DNA of 64,000 nt from Vicinamibacteria bacterium (lineage in GTDB: Bacteria; Acidobacteriota; Vicinamibacteria; Fen-336; JAGNNV01), in NCBI GenBank assembly GCA_044229175.1, contig JBGATM010000020.1:1754-65753 (forward strand), read 5' to 3'. Below are positions 16,545-25,386 of the stretch, one piece after another. Each line of letters begins with the position of its first letter. Within the stretch, counting starts at the first letter, position 1. A program made the position numbers and the translations under genes. Under the pieces are notes generated by a model. It had not been told where the DNA came from, did not search any database, and saw only the letters and a list, made by a program, of their open reading frames with translations.

Positions 16545-18059
16545 CTACATCTTGCGCAGTTTGCCCCGGTCGATCTTGCCGAGGTGGGTCCTCGGCATGC
16601 TCTCGAGGACCACGACCTGGCGCGGCGCCTTGAAGGGCTCGAGCCGCTCGAGCGCGAAGGCGCGCAGGTCCTCTGCGAACGAGGCCCGGGCCTCGGGGGG
16701 GCACGACCGCGCCACCACGTAGGCCCACGGCTTGACCAGGCCCTGCGCGTCGGCGACGCCCACTACCGCCACCTCGGCCACGTTCGAGTGCTCCTGCAGG
16801 CAGTTCTCGACCTCGGCGGGAGTGAGCCAGCGTCCGCCCACCTTCAGCATGTCGTCGTCGCGGCCGCAGTAGTAGAAGTAGCCCTCCGCGTCCTGGCGGA
16901 CCATGTCCCGCGAGGCGTACCACTCTCCGCGGAAGACCTGCTGGGTCTTGTCCATCTCGTGCCAGTAGGCGATGGCGCGGGACGCCCCTCTCACCCAGAG
17001 GAACCCGGTCTCCCCGCGGGGAAGCTCCCGGCCCTCTTCGTCGCACACCTTGACATCGAACCCGGGTACGGCGAGGCCGAGGCTGCCCGGCTGGGTATGG
17101 GCGAAGGTGTTGGTCAGGAAGATGTGCCACATCTCGGCCGTCCCCAGTCCGTCGAGGAGTGGAACCCCGAACAAATGCTGCCACCGGCGATAGAGCTCCT
17201 CGCTCAACGCCTCGCCCGCCGAGGTGGTCGCGCGGATGCAGGTCAGGTCCTGGGCGGCGGCGTCGGGATGCGACGTCATCTGGTGCACCATGGTGGGCAC
17301 GTTGATCAGGAAGGTCGGCCGGTGCCTGGCGATCTGATCGAAGAGGGCGTCCGGCGTGCACTTGGCCGCGAAGAGCACCGAGGTGGCGCCCACCGAGAAG
17401 GGAAAGATCAGGTTCGATCCGGTGGCGTAGCCGAAGTAGAGCTTGGGCACGGACAGCGTGATGTCGTTCTCCGTGTAGCCCATGGCCCCCTTGGCGTAGA
17501 GCTCGGTGGTGTTGACGAAGGAGCCATGGGTCTGGATGACCCCCTTCGGCCGACCGGTGGTCCCGCCGGAGAAGAGCCAGATCGCCGCGTCGTCCCGATG
17601 ACTTCGGAAGGTCGCGAAGATCTCGCTGGTGGAGGCGAGGCGCTTCTCGAGGCCGGCGTCGCCGCGCACCAGGACCTCACGAAGCGAGGAAACGGAAGCG
17701 CCCGCTTCGCGAAAGACCGCGGCGGAATCGCCTTCGGTCACCACCACCTTGGCCCGCGTGTATTCGAGGAAGTACTCGATCTCGTCCTTCTTCAGGCCCG
17801 GGTTCGCCATGACCACAGCCGCCCCGAGTTTCAAGGTCCCGAAGAATGCCGCCACCCAGTCGAGGCTGTCGTGGAGGGCGAGGAGGACACGTTGTTCCGG
17901 CTCCACCCCGGACGAGCGCAGGACATGGGCGAAGCGGTTCGCGCGCCGTTGCACCTCGGCATAGGTGTAGACCCCGTCATCCGTGATCAGCGCGCGTCTT
18001 TCGCCGCGGCCCTCCTGAACCCGCGCGTCGAGGCAGTAGTCCGCCAGGTTCACGTACAT
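16545..18059 (-). CDS. aryl-CoA ligase, benzoate/2-aminobenzoate-CoA ligase family (AMP-dependent synthetase)
   Basis: MYVNLADYCLDARV...YTYAEVQRRANRFAHVL is the N-terminus typical of benzoate-CoA ligases. Has the AMP motif FSGGTTGRPKGV, plus YFGYATG and a C-terminal PRTHLGKIDRGKLR. ATG 18059 chosen. Confidence 0.88.
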   Translation of the reverse strand: MYVNLADYCLDARVQEGRGERRALITDDGVYTYAEVQRRANRFAHVLRSSGVEPEQRVLLALHDSLDWVAAFFGTLKLGAAVVMANPGLKKDEIEYFLEYTRAKVVVTEGDSAAVFREAGASVSSLREVLVRGDAGLEKRLASTSEIFATFRSHRDDAAIWLFSGGTTGRPKGVIQTHGSFVNTTELYAKGAMGYTENDITLSVPKLYFGYATGSNLIFPFSVGATSVLFAAKCTPDALFDQIARHRPTFLINVPTMVHQMTSHPDAAAQDLTCIRATTSAGEALSEELYRRWQHLFGVPLLDGLGTAEMWHIFLTNTFAHTQPGSLGLAVPGFDVKVCDEEGRELPRGETGFLWVRGASRAIAYWHEMDKTQQVFRGEWYASRDMVRQDAEGYFYYCGRDDDMLKVGGRWLTPAEVENCLQEHSNVAEVAVVGVADAQGLVKPWAYVVARSCPPEARASFAEDLRAFALERLEPFKAPRQVVVLESMPRTHLGKIDRGKLRKM

Positions 18060-18139
18060 GGAAATATTCGGTGTCACCGGCGGTTCTTCTCCGTTTTGTC
18101 CCCTGGTCCTTGCGAGAATACGGGAGGAACCTCCAGTCA

Positions 18140-18901
18140 ATGAAATATCTGGCCGAGATGACTTTCGCGGAAGTGAGGGAGATGGGCGAGGACGCGGTGG
18201 TCATCCTGCCCGTCGGAGCCATCGAGGCGCACGGCCCGCACCTGCCCCTGCAGACCGACGTGATCATCGCGCGCGGCATGGCCGCGGCCGGGGCGCGGGC
18301 CCTGGAGGCGAGCGGTTTCAAGGACGTGGTGATCGCCCCTCTGCTCCAGTGGACTTCCGCGGGATTCGCCGCGGGATTCGCGGGGACCCTGTCGCTCTCG
18401 CCCGCCACCGTGACCGCGATCCTGGCCGATGCGGCCCTCAGCCTGCATCGAGCGGGCTTCGCGCACATCGTCCTCGCCAATTCTCACCTCGATCCCGCGC
18501 ACACCGCCTCGTTGCACGAGGGTGTGCGGCTGGCGAAGGAGAGGCACGGTGTAGTCGTCACCTTCCCGGACATCACCCGGAAGCCGTGGGCCCTTCGCCT
18601 CACCCCCGAGTTCAAGAGCGGGGCGTGCCACGCCGGCCAGTTCGAGACCTCGATCGTGATGGCCGAGCGACCCGACCTGGTGCGCGAATCCATCCGCGTC
18701 ACCCTCGAGCCCAATCCGGTTTCCCTCTCGCAGGCCATCCGGGACGGGAAGAAGACCTTCGAAGAGGCGGGAGGGCCGTCCGCCTACTTCGGGTTCCCCC
18801 GGGACGCGTCCGAGGCCGAGGGCCGGGAGAGCGTGGCCGCGCTGGGAGCGATTCTGGCGGACGCCCTGGTAGCCGCTCGAACGCCGGGCAGAGGAGAATG
18901 A
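18140..18901 (+). CDS. creatininase-family amidohydrolase (creatinine amidohydrolase/MftE-like)
   Basis: AVVILPVGAIEAHGPHLPLQTD, ...LANSHLDPAH... and HAGQFETS metal-ligand motifs of the creatininase fold. RBS GGGAGGA lies before ATG 18140. Confidence 0.82.
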   Translation: MKYLAEMTFAEVREMGEDAVVILPVGAIEAHGPHLPLQTDVIIARGMAAAGARALEASGFKDVVIAPLLQWTSAGFAAGFAGTLSLSPATVTAILADAALSLHRAGFAHIVLANSHLDPAHTASLHEGVRLAKERHGVVVTFPDITRKPWALRLTPEFKSGACHAGQFETSIVMAERPDLVRESIRVTLEPNPVSLSQAIRDGKKTFEEAGGPSAYFGFPRDASEAEGRESVAALGAILADALVAARTPGRGE

Positions 18902-18904
18902 AGC

Positions 18905-19681
18905 ATGAAATTCACGGGTAAGGTGGCGCTCGTCACCGGCGGCGGCCGCGGCATCGGGGCCGAGATCGCCCGGAACCTCGCCCGCGACGGAGCCAGCATC
19001 GCGGTCAGCGCGCGGACGGAATCCGAGGTCAAGGCAGTGGCGGACGAGATCGTGAAGGCGGGCGGGCGCGCCCGGTACTTCATCGCCGATCTCTCCCTGG
19101 CCGACCAGGCGCCTGCCCTGGTGTCGAGCGTCCTGGCCGAGCTTGGCCCCATCGACTTCCTCATCAACAACGCGGGCGTCGCCTCGTCCGCTCCGGTGGC
19201 GAAGATCTCCCTCGAGGAGTGGAATCGGATCTTCGCGATCAACGTCACCGCCACGTTCCTGTGCACCCAGGCCGCGCTGCCGAAGATGATCGAGCGGGGT
19301 TCCGGCCGCATCGTGAACATCGCCTCGGTGGCCGCGCGTTTCGGCGCCCGCTACATCGCGGCCTACGCGGCGTCCAAGCACGCGGTGCTTGGCTTCACGC
19401 GGTGTGTCGCGGCCGAAGTGGCGGCGTTTGGCATCACCGCGAACGCGGTCTGCCCCGGCTTCGTGGACACCGAGATGGTTTCGGAGAGCGTCTCCCGCAT
19501 CGTCGCGAAGACCGGCATGCCCTCCGAGCAGGCGCTCGACACCATCAAGAACCAGTCGCCGCAGAAGCGCCTCCTCACCACTCCCGAGGTTGCAGCCATG
19601 GTCTCCCTGCTCTGTTCCGAGGAGGGCCGCGGCATCAACGGCCAGGCCCTGGTCCTCGATGGCGGCGGTCTGCTCGCATGA
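18905..19681 (+). CDS. SDR-family oxidoreductase (3-hydroxyacyl-CoA / 3-oxoacyl reductase-like)
   Basis: TGGGRGIG cofactor motif, NNAG, and the catalytic YAASK. Confidence 0.9.
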   Translation: MKFTGKVALVTGGGRGIGAEIARNLARDGASIAVSARTESEVKAVADEIVKAGGRARYFIADLSLADQAPALVSSVLAELGPIDFLINNAGVASSAPVAKISLEEWNRIFAINVTATFLCTQAALPKMIERGSGRIVNIASVAARFGARYIAAYAASKHAVLGFTRCVAAEVAAFGITANAVCPGFVDTEMVSESVSRIVAKTGMPSEQALDTIKNQSPQKRLLTTPEVAAMVSLLCSEEGRGINGQALVLDGGGLLA

Positions 19682-20088
19682 GCGTCGATCCCATCAACCC
19701 GCCGGATCTCGGCCCCACGCCGGGATACGCGAACGGCATGCTGGGCCGCGAAGGCGGTCGGGTTCTCTTCGTCGCCGGACAGATCGGGCTTGTCCCGGGC
19801 GAAACCGGGGCCCCCGAGGTTCTCCTGCCCGCGCAGTTCGGGGAGGCCCTGCGCCGGATCGCGGTGGTGATCGCGGCCGCGGGCGGGAAGCCCTCCGACG
19901 TGGGTCGGATGACCGCCTACGTGACCGACATCGCCCTGTATCGGAGGTGTCGCAAAGCCATCGGCCCGGTCTGGCGCGCCCACTTTGGAACTCACTATCC
20001 CGCGATGGCGCTCGTCGAGGTCAAGGCGTTGCTCGACGAGGGGGCGCTCGTCGAGATCGAAGCCACCGCGGTCATTGGAGGCAGGTAG
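19678..20088 (+). CDS. RidA/YjgF-family enamine/imine deaminase-like protein
   Basis: 136 aa with ...FVAGQIGL..., ...MTAYVTD... and ...ALVEIEATAVI, typical of RidA. ATGA overlap with the SDR stop. Confidence 0.8.
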   Translation: MSVDPINPPDLGPTPGYANGMLGREGGRVLFVAGQIGLVPGETGAPEVLLPAQFGEALRRIAVVIAAAGGKPSDVGRMTAYVTDIALYRRCRKAIGPVWRAHFGTHYPAMALVEVKALLDEGALVEIEATAVIGGR

Positions 20089-20089
20089 C

Positions 20090-20890
20090 GTGGCCCTCGA
20101 ACCGAAGTCTTTCCTGTACGAGCTCGATGCCGGGACCGGAGTCGCCACCCTCACCCTCAATCGACCCGAACGGCTCAATGCCCTGACCTTCGAGGTGTAC
20201 CGGGAGCTGGCGGCGACCTTCCGGGCCCTCGACACCGAGCCCGGGGTGCGCGCGATCGTCATCACCGGGAAGGGCCGCGCCTTCTGCACCGGCGGCGACG
20301 TGGAGGACATCATCGGCGCGCTGCTCGGCAAGCCGATCGAGGATCTGCTTGCCTTCACGAGGATCACCTGCGAACTCATCCTGTCGATACGCGAGTGCCG
20401 CCGGCCCGTGGTGGCGGCCCTCAACGGCACGGTCGCGGGAGCAGGCGCGGTGATCGCCGCGGCCGCCGACTTCCGCGTGGCCTCCTCCAGCGCCAAGATC
20501 GCGTTCCTCTTCACGAAGGTGGGACTCACCGGCGCCGACATGGGGGCGGGCTGGCTGCTGCCGCGACTTGTGGGTGAGGCGCAGGCGCGAAGGCTGCTCC
20601 TGCTCGGAGATTTCATCAGCGCCGCGGAGGCGCTCTCCATCGGCCTCTACACCAGCGTCTTCGAAGCCGAACAGGCTGCAGCCGAGGCGAAGGCCCTGGC
20701 CACGCGCCTCGCGAAGGGGCCGTCGTTCGCGCTGGGCGTCACCAAGCAGGCGCTCAACCGCGAGGCCGCCCTCGACCTGCGCACTGCCCTCGACAACGAA
20801 GCCGAACTCCAGGCCATCTGCATGCAGAGTCCCAACTTCACCGAGGCGCATCGCGCCTTCCTCGAGAAGCGCGAACCGAAATTCGAATGA
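20090..20890 (+). CDS. enoyl-CoA hydratase/isomerase (crotonase) family protein
   Basis: GTG start 20090 after GGAGG. Has LTLNRPERLNAL, VITGKGRAFCTGGDV and AALNGTVAGAGAVIA, the crotonase oxyanion-hole motifs. Confidence 0.88.
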   Translation: MALEPKSFLYELDAGTGVATLTLNRPERLNALTFEVYRELAATFRALDTEPGVRAIVITGKGRAFCTGGDVEDIIGALLGKPIEDLLAFTRITCELILSIRECRRPVVAALNGTVAGAGAVIAAAADFRVASSSAKIAFLFTKVGLTGADMGAGWLLPRLVGEAQARRLLLLGDFISAAEALSIGLYTSVFEAEQAAAEAKALATRLAKGPSFALGVTKQALNREAALDLRTALDNEAELQAICMQSPNFTEAHRAFLEKREPKFE

Positions 20891-22032
20891 GCGTCGACCT
20901 TCAGCCGGTCCGGGCTTTTCTCGATCCGTCGCACGCCGCCCTGCTCGACAAGGCGAAGGCCTTCGGCCGCGACGTCCTCGCCTTGCGCAAGCCGCCCGAG
21001 AACGATGTCGACGGCCGGAGCGAGGCCCGGGCTCTCCTGAGGCTCATGGGTGAGGCCGGGCTCTTCGAGCCGATCCAGGCCCGCGACTATCGCGGCTGCT
21101 GCCTCTTGCGCGAGGAACTCGCATTCCACTCGCCCCTCGCGGATGCCGTCTTCGCCCTTCAGGCTCTCGGCGCCACCCCGATCCTCCTCTCCGGCACGCC
21201 CCTTCACATGGCGCAGGCCCACGAGGCCATCGCGGGGCGGAAGATGGGGGCGTTCGCCATGACCGAGCCCGAGGCGGGCTCCGACGCGCACGGCATCGCC
21301 TGCCTGGCCCGGCGCGATGGCGACGCCTACGTCCTGAACGGGGTGAAGACGCTGATCTCGAACGGAGGCCTCGCGGATTTCTACGTGGTCTTCGCCGCGA
21401 TCGAGCGAGGGAACCCGAAATCGATCACCGCCTTCCTCGTCGAGGCCCGCGCCGCGGGACTCGAGTTCGTGCGGCCGCTGGTCATGTCGGCCCCGCACCC
21501 TCTCGGTGAGATCGCGTTTCGAGATTGCCGGGTCGCGGAGTCGGCGCGGATCGGCAAGGAAGGCGAAGGTCTCAAGCTCGCGCTTTCGACCCTCGATCGA
21601 CTGCGCGCCACCGTAGGGGCAGCCGCCTGCGGCATGGCCGCGCGGGCCCTGTCGGAGGCCATCGGGCACGCGCAGGCCCGCCGCCAGTTCGGCAAGCCGC
21701 TCGCCGATCTTCAACTCATCCAGGAGAAGATCGCGCGCATGGCCATCCGCCTGCGGGCCTCCCGCCTGCTCGTCTACGAGGCGGCCTGGGAAAAGGACAA
21801 GGGCGCCGAGCGGGTGACCCTGGAGTCGGGCATGGCCAAGGCCTTCGCGACGGAGAGCGCGCAGTCCATCGTCGACGACGCCGTCCAGATCCTCGGGGGC
21901 CGCGGCGTCCTCAAGGAGTCGATGGTGGACCTGCTCTATCGCTCCGTCCGCGCCCTGCGCATCTACGAGGGCACCACGGAGATCCAGCATCTGCTCGTGG
22001 CCGCTCAGCTTCTGAAAGCGGTGAAGGCATGA
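20887..22032 (+). CDS. acyl-CoA dehydrogenase
   Basis: Has FAMTEPEAGSDA, ...LISNGG..., QFGKPLADLQLIQEKIA and a C-terminal YEGTTEIQ. ATGA overlap with the upstream gene. Confidence 0.92.
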   Translation: MSVDLQPVRAFLDPSHAALLDKAKAFGRDVLALRKPPENDVDGRSEARALLRLMGEAGLFEPIQARDYRGCCLLREELAFHSPLADAVFALQALGATPILLSGTPLHMAQAHEAIAGRKMGAFAMTEPEAGSDAHGIACLARRDGDAYVLNGVKTLISNGGLADFYVVFAAIERGNPKSITAFLVEARAAGLEFVRPLVMSAPHPLGEIAFRDCRVAESARIGKEGEGLKLALSTLDRLRATVGAAACGMAARALSEAIGHAQARRQFGKPLADLQLIQEKIARMAIRLRASRLLVYEAAWEKDKGAERVTLESGMAKAFATESAQSIVDDAVQILGGRGVLKESMVDLLYRSVRALRIYEGTTEIQHLLVAAQLLKAVKA

Positions 22033-24335
22033 GAGTCGTGGGCGTCGGCGCCGGCCCCGCGGCCCTGTACCTCGCCATCCTTCTCAAGAAGAAGGATGCG
22101 TCGCACTCCGTGACCCTGTTCGAGCGGCACCATCCGGGCGAGTCGTTCGGCTTCGGGGTCGTCTTCTCCGACGCGACCATGGACAACCTGGCGCATGCCG
22201 ATCCTTCCACCATCGACCGGCTGAAGGAGAGCTTCCACCACTGGGACGACATCGAGGTCCATTACCGCGGCGAGCTCCTGCGGTCTACCGGCCACGGCTT
22301 CAGCGGGGTGGCCCGCTCCACCCTGTTGAGAATTCTGCGCAACGAGGCGTTGCGCCTCGGGGTCGAGATCCGGAACGGGGTCGAGATCCACTCGCGCGCC
22401 GACCTCCCTCCCGCGGACCTCATCGTCGCCGCGGACGGGGTAGCGAGCTTCCTGCGAACGGAGTCGGCGGCCCGGTTCGGGACGCGGATCGACGAGCGGA
22501 AGAATCGCTTCGTATGGCTCGGCACCACGCGGAGGTTTCCCGCGTTCACCTTCTACTTCAAGCACAACGAGCACGGCCTGTTCCGCGTGCACGCCTACCA
22601 GTACGAGACCCATCCAAGCGGCGAGAATCCCTGCTCGACCTTCATCGTGGAAGCCACCGACGAGACCTTCCGCCGGGCCGGACTCTCCGAGACGGACGAA
22701 GCGAAGACCGTCGCTTACTGCGAGGCTCTCTTCCGCGAGCAACTGCAGGGCGAGAAGCTCATTCCCAACCGTTCGATCTGGCGCCGCTTTCCCACCGTGG
22801 TCAACGAGCACTGGCACGACGGCTCGATGGTCCTGATCGGAGACGCCGCGCACACCGCGCATTTCTCGGTCGGCTCCGGCACCAAGCTCGCCATGGAGGA
22901 TTCGATCGCTCTCGCCGCGGCTCTTTCGGAGGGGAGCGAGATCCCCGAGGCCCTGGCCCGGTATGAGAGCGAGCGCCGGGCGCCGGTGGAGAGCCTGCAG
23001 CGCGCCGCCCAGGCGAGCCTCGAGTGGTTCGAGGACACCGAGCGCTACATGGGGACGCCGCCGATCCAGTTCGGCTTCAACCTCGTGACCCGGAGCCTGC
23101 GCATCACTCACGAGGACCTGCGCAAGCGCGATCCCGGATACATCGCCAAGATCGACGCCTGGTTCGCGGTCGAGTCGGAAGCGCAGGCCGGGGTCATCGC
23201 GCCCCTGCTGGACCTCGTCGAGCGCGACTCCCGGGGCGGCACGCGTCGCATCGCGCCTCCCTTCCTCACCCCGTTCAAGATGCGCGATCTCGTGCTCGAA
23301 AACCGTATCGTGGTCTCCTCGATGTGCCAGTACTCGGCGGCGGACGGGATGCCCGACGACTGGCACCTCGTCCACCTCGGCAGCCGGGCCATCGGCGGCG
23401 CGGGCCTGGTGATGGCGGAGATGACCGATGTCACCCCGGGCGGGCGGATCACCCTGGGCTGCACCGGGCTCTACGACGACAAGCAGGTCAAGCCCTGGAA
23501 GCAGATCGTCGAGTTCGTTCACAAGCACAGCGCGGCGAAGATCGGGATCCAGCTGGGCCACGCCGGCCGCAAAGGCGCTTCCACGCCGGAGTGGGAGGGC
23601 GACCTTGCCCTTCCGCCCGAGCAGTCCTGGGATCTTCTGGCCCCCTCGGCGATTCCGTGGTCGAAAGCCAAGCGCGTTCCCCGGGAGATGACCGCCGAGG
23701 ACATGGCGGAGGTGAAGGGTCACTTCGCCCAGGCCGCGAGGCGGGCGCGCAAGGCGGGCTTCGATCTGCTCGAACTCCACTGCGCCCACGGTTACCTGCT
23801 CGCGAGCTTCCTTTCGCCCCTCACCAACCATCGCTCCGACGACTACGGCGGATCTCTGGCGAACCGCCTCCGCTATCCGCTCGAAGTGTTCGACGCGGTC
23901 CGCGGGGCGTGGCCCGCGGAGAAGCCGCTCACCGTGCGTATCTCCGCCACCGACTGGGTGGACGGCGGCATCGTGGCCGAGGAGGCGGTGGCCATCGCGA
24001 AGGCTTTCAAGGAGCACGGTTGCGATCTCATCGACGCGTCCGCGGGTCAGACCGTGCCCGAACAGCGGCCTCGCTACGGACGCCTGTTCCAGACTCCCTT
24101 CGCGGACCGTATCCGGCACGAAGCGGGGATCGCGACCATGGCGGTGGGCGCGATCTCATCGTACGCCGACGCGAACACCATTCTCGCCGCGGGCCGCGCC
24201 GACCTCGTGGCCCTTGCGCGCGCGCACCTGTACGACCCCTATTGGACCCGGCATGCCGCTCAGGAATTCGGTGTCCGCCTGCCCTGGCCGGATCCGTATT
24301 CGTCGATCAACCGCTACACGCCCCGGTTCCGCTAG
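22029..24335 (+). CDS. bifunctional aryl-CoA monooxygenase/reductase: FAD aromatic hydroxylase fused to Old-Yellow-Enzyme FMN reductase (2-aminobenzoyl-CoA monooxygenase/reductase or salicylyl-CoA 5-hydroxylase type)
   Basis: N-terminus MRVVGVGAGPAALYLA (GxGxxG), with later VLIGDAAHTAHFSVGSGTKLAMED (FAD hydroxylase). The C-terminal half has ...VSSMCQY...HLGSRAIGGAGLV...LELHCAHGYLLASFLSPLTNHRSDDYGGSLANR (OYE). 768 aa from ATG 22029, with an ATGA overlap. Confidence 0.88.
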   Translation: MRVVGVGAGPAALYLAILLKKKDASHSVTLFERHHPGESFGFGVVFSDATMDNLAHADPSTIDRLKESFHHWDDIEVHYRGELLRSTGHGFSGVARSTLLRILRNEALRLGVEIRNGVEIHSRADLPPADLIVAADGVASFLRTESAARFGTRIDERKNRFVWLGTTRRFPAFTFYFKHNEHGLFRVHAYQYETHPSGENPCSTFIVEATDETFRRAGLSETDEAKTVAYCEALFREQLQGEKLIPNRSIWRRFPTVVNEHWHDGSMVLIGDAAHTAHFSVGSGTKLAMEDSIALAAALSEGSEIPEALARYESERRAPVESLQRAAQASLEWFEDTERYMGTPPIQFGFNLVTRSLRITHEDLRKRDPGYIAKIDAWFAVESEAQAGVIAPLLDLVERDSRGGTRRIAPPFLTPFKMRDLVLENRIVVSSMCQYSAADGMPDDWHLVHLGSRAIGGAGLVMAEMTDVTPGGRITLGCTGLYDDKQVKPWKQIVEFVHKHSAAKIGIQLGHAGRKGASTPEWEGDLALPPEQSWDLLAPSAIPWSKAKRVPREMTAEDMAEVKGHFAQAARRARKAGFDLLELHCAHGYLLASFLSPLTNHRSDDYGGSLANRLRYPLEVFDAVRGAWPAEKPLTVRISATDWVDGGIVAEEAVAIAKAFKEHGCDLIDASAGQTVPEQRPRYGRLFQTPFADRIRHEAGIATMAVGAISSYADANTILAAGRADLVALARAHLYDPYWTRHAAQEFGVRLPWPDPYSSINRYTPRFR

Positions 24336-24685
24336 ACGTCGCTCCACACCGCGAGTTCGTTGCCCGCGGGGTCGGTGAAGTGGAACCGCCGGCCGCCGGG
24401 AAAGTCGAAGATCTCCGCCACGATCTTTCCGCCGGAGAAGACCACGGCGTCCCGGATCTCTTCGAGTGCTTTCGCGTAGATCACCACCAGGGCCCCGCCC
24501 CGCGCGCCCGTCTTGCCGCCGTGAAACCCGCCGGTGAGGCGGCCATCCTCGAAGCTCGCGTAGTCCTCTCCGTAGTCGGTGAACTTCCAGCCGAACACCG
24601 AGCCGTAGAAGGTCTTCGCCACACCCACGTCGTCGACGGGGAGTTCGATGTAGTCGATACGCCGGTCGTGATCGGTCTGGGCCAT
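24332..24685 (-). CDS. VOC/glyoxalase-bleomycin-resistance family protein
   Basis: 117 aa: IDYIELPVDDVGVAKTFYGSVFGWKF...HFTDPAGNELAVW, the typical VOC beta-alpha-beta-beta-beta module. Confidence 0.85.
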   Translation of the reverse strand: MAQTDHDRRIDYIELPVDDVGVAKTFYGSVFGWKFTDYGEDYASFEDGRLTGGFHGGKTGARGGALVVIYAKALEEIRDAVVFSGGKIVAEIFDFPGGRRFHFTDPAGNELAVWSDV

Positions 24686-24735
24686 GACCGAAAGCTAGTC
24701 CCGTTGGTGAGGCGAGGGCAAGTGACCGGTCCGAC

Positions 24736-25365
24736 TCAGCCGGCGACGACCCCGGCCCGCGCCGCCGCTTTCCTCGCGCTGGCCATCGCCGATTCGAGCG
24801 CCCACTCCCACATCGCCCGTTCTTCGCCTTCACGCGAGGTCAGGAAGGGAGACCGCCGGATCTCCTCGTACCACTCGAGTTCGACCCGATACGCCTCGGC
24901 CTCCTCGATGGCCCCATCGAGATGCGCGAGTTCGTGGCGCATGGCCCCGCCGAGACTGAGCCAGGCGAAGGCGATCTGGTGGCCGGCGGGCAGGTCGATG
25001 GCGCCTTGCGGGTAGAGGTGAAGGCGCGGGTTGATCAGGGCCACCCGCCGGATGTAGATGCGCCGCACCAGGCCGAGCGACTCCACGTAAGCGGCCCAGC
25101 GGTCGGGTCCGAGGCCGGGCGCGACCCACAGCTCCTTCTTCTCTCGAAGCTCCTCGAGCCGGTCGGCGAACGCGGTCTGCCCGAAAGTCACGAGCTGCCC
25201 GCGCAATCTCTGGAAGGCGGCGAGATCCTCGGGCCGGCTTTGGTCGAGGGGCGTTCCGAGCGAGCCCACCGCGGCATCGCACTTGGCCTCGGCTATGCGC
25301 AGCACCCCGTAGTACGTGGCGATCGCGAGGACCGCGGCTCCGATCAGTTGTTCCCGCGCTCGCAT
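24736..25365 (-). CDS. hypothetical membrane-anchored protein with HExxH (HELAH) motif
   Basis: 209-aa ORF with an N-terminal TM helix (LIGAAVLAIATYYGVL) and MRHELAHLDGAIEEAEAY, a possible minimal zincin. No family recognised. Confidence 0.55.
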   Translation of the reverse strand: MRAREQLIGAAVLAIATYYGVLRIAEAKCDAAVGSLGTPLDQSRPEDLAAFQRLRGQLVTFGQTAFADRLEELREKKELWVAPGLGPDRWAAYVESLGLVRRIYIRRVALINPRLHLYPQGAIDLPAGHQIAFAWLSLGGAMRHELAHLDGAIEEAEAYRVELEWYEEIRRSPFLTSREGEERAMWEWALESAMASARKAAARAGVVAG

Positions 25366-25386
25366 CTCCGGGCGCCAGGAGTCCGC

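Noticed and set aside
22005-24119. 704-aa - strand ORF
   Set aside because: It is antisense to the monooxygenase/OYE fusion gene, which has unambiguous motifs. Its composition is Arg/Gly/Pro-rich.
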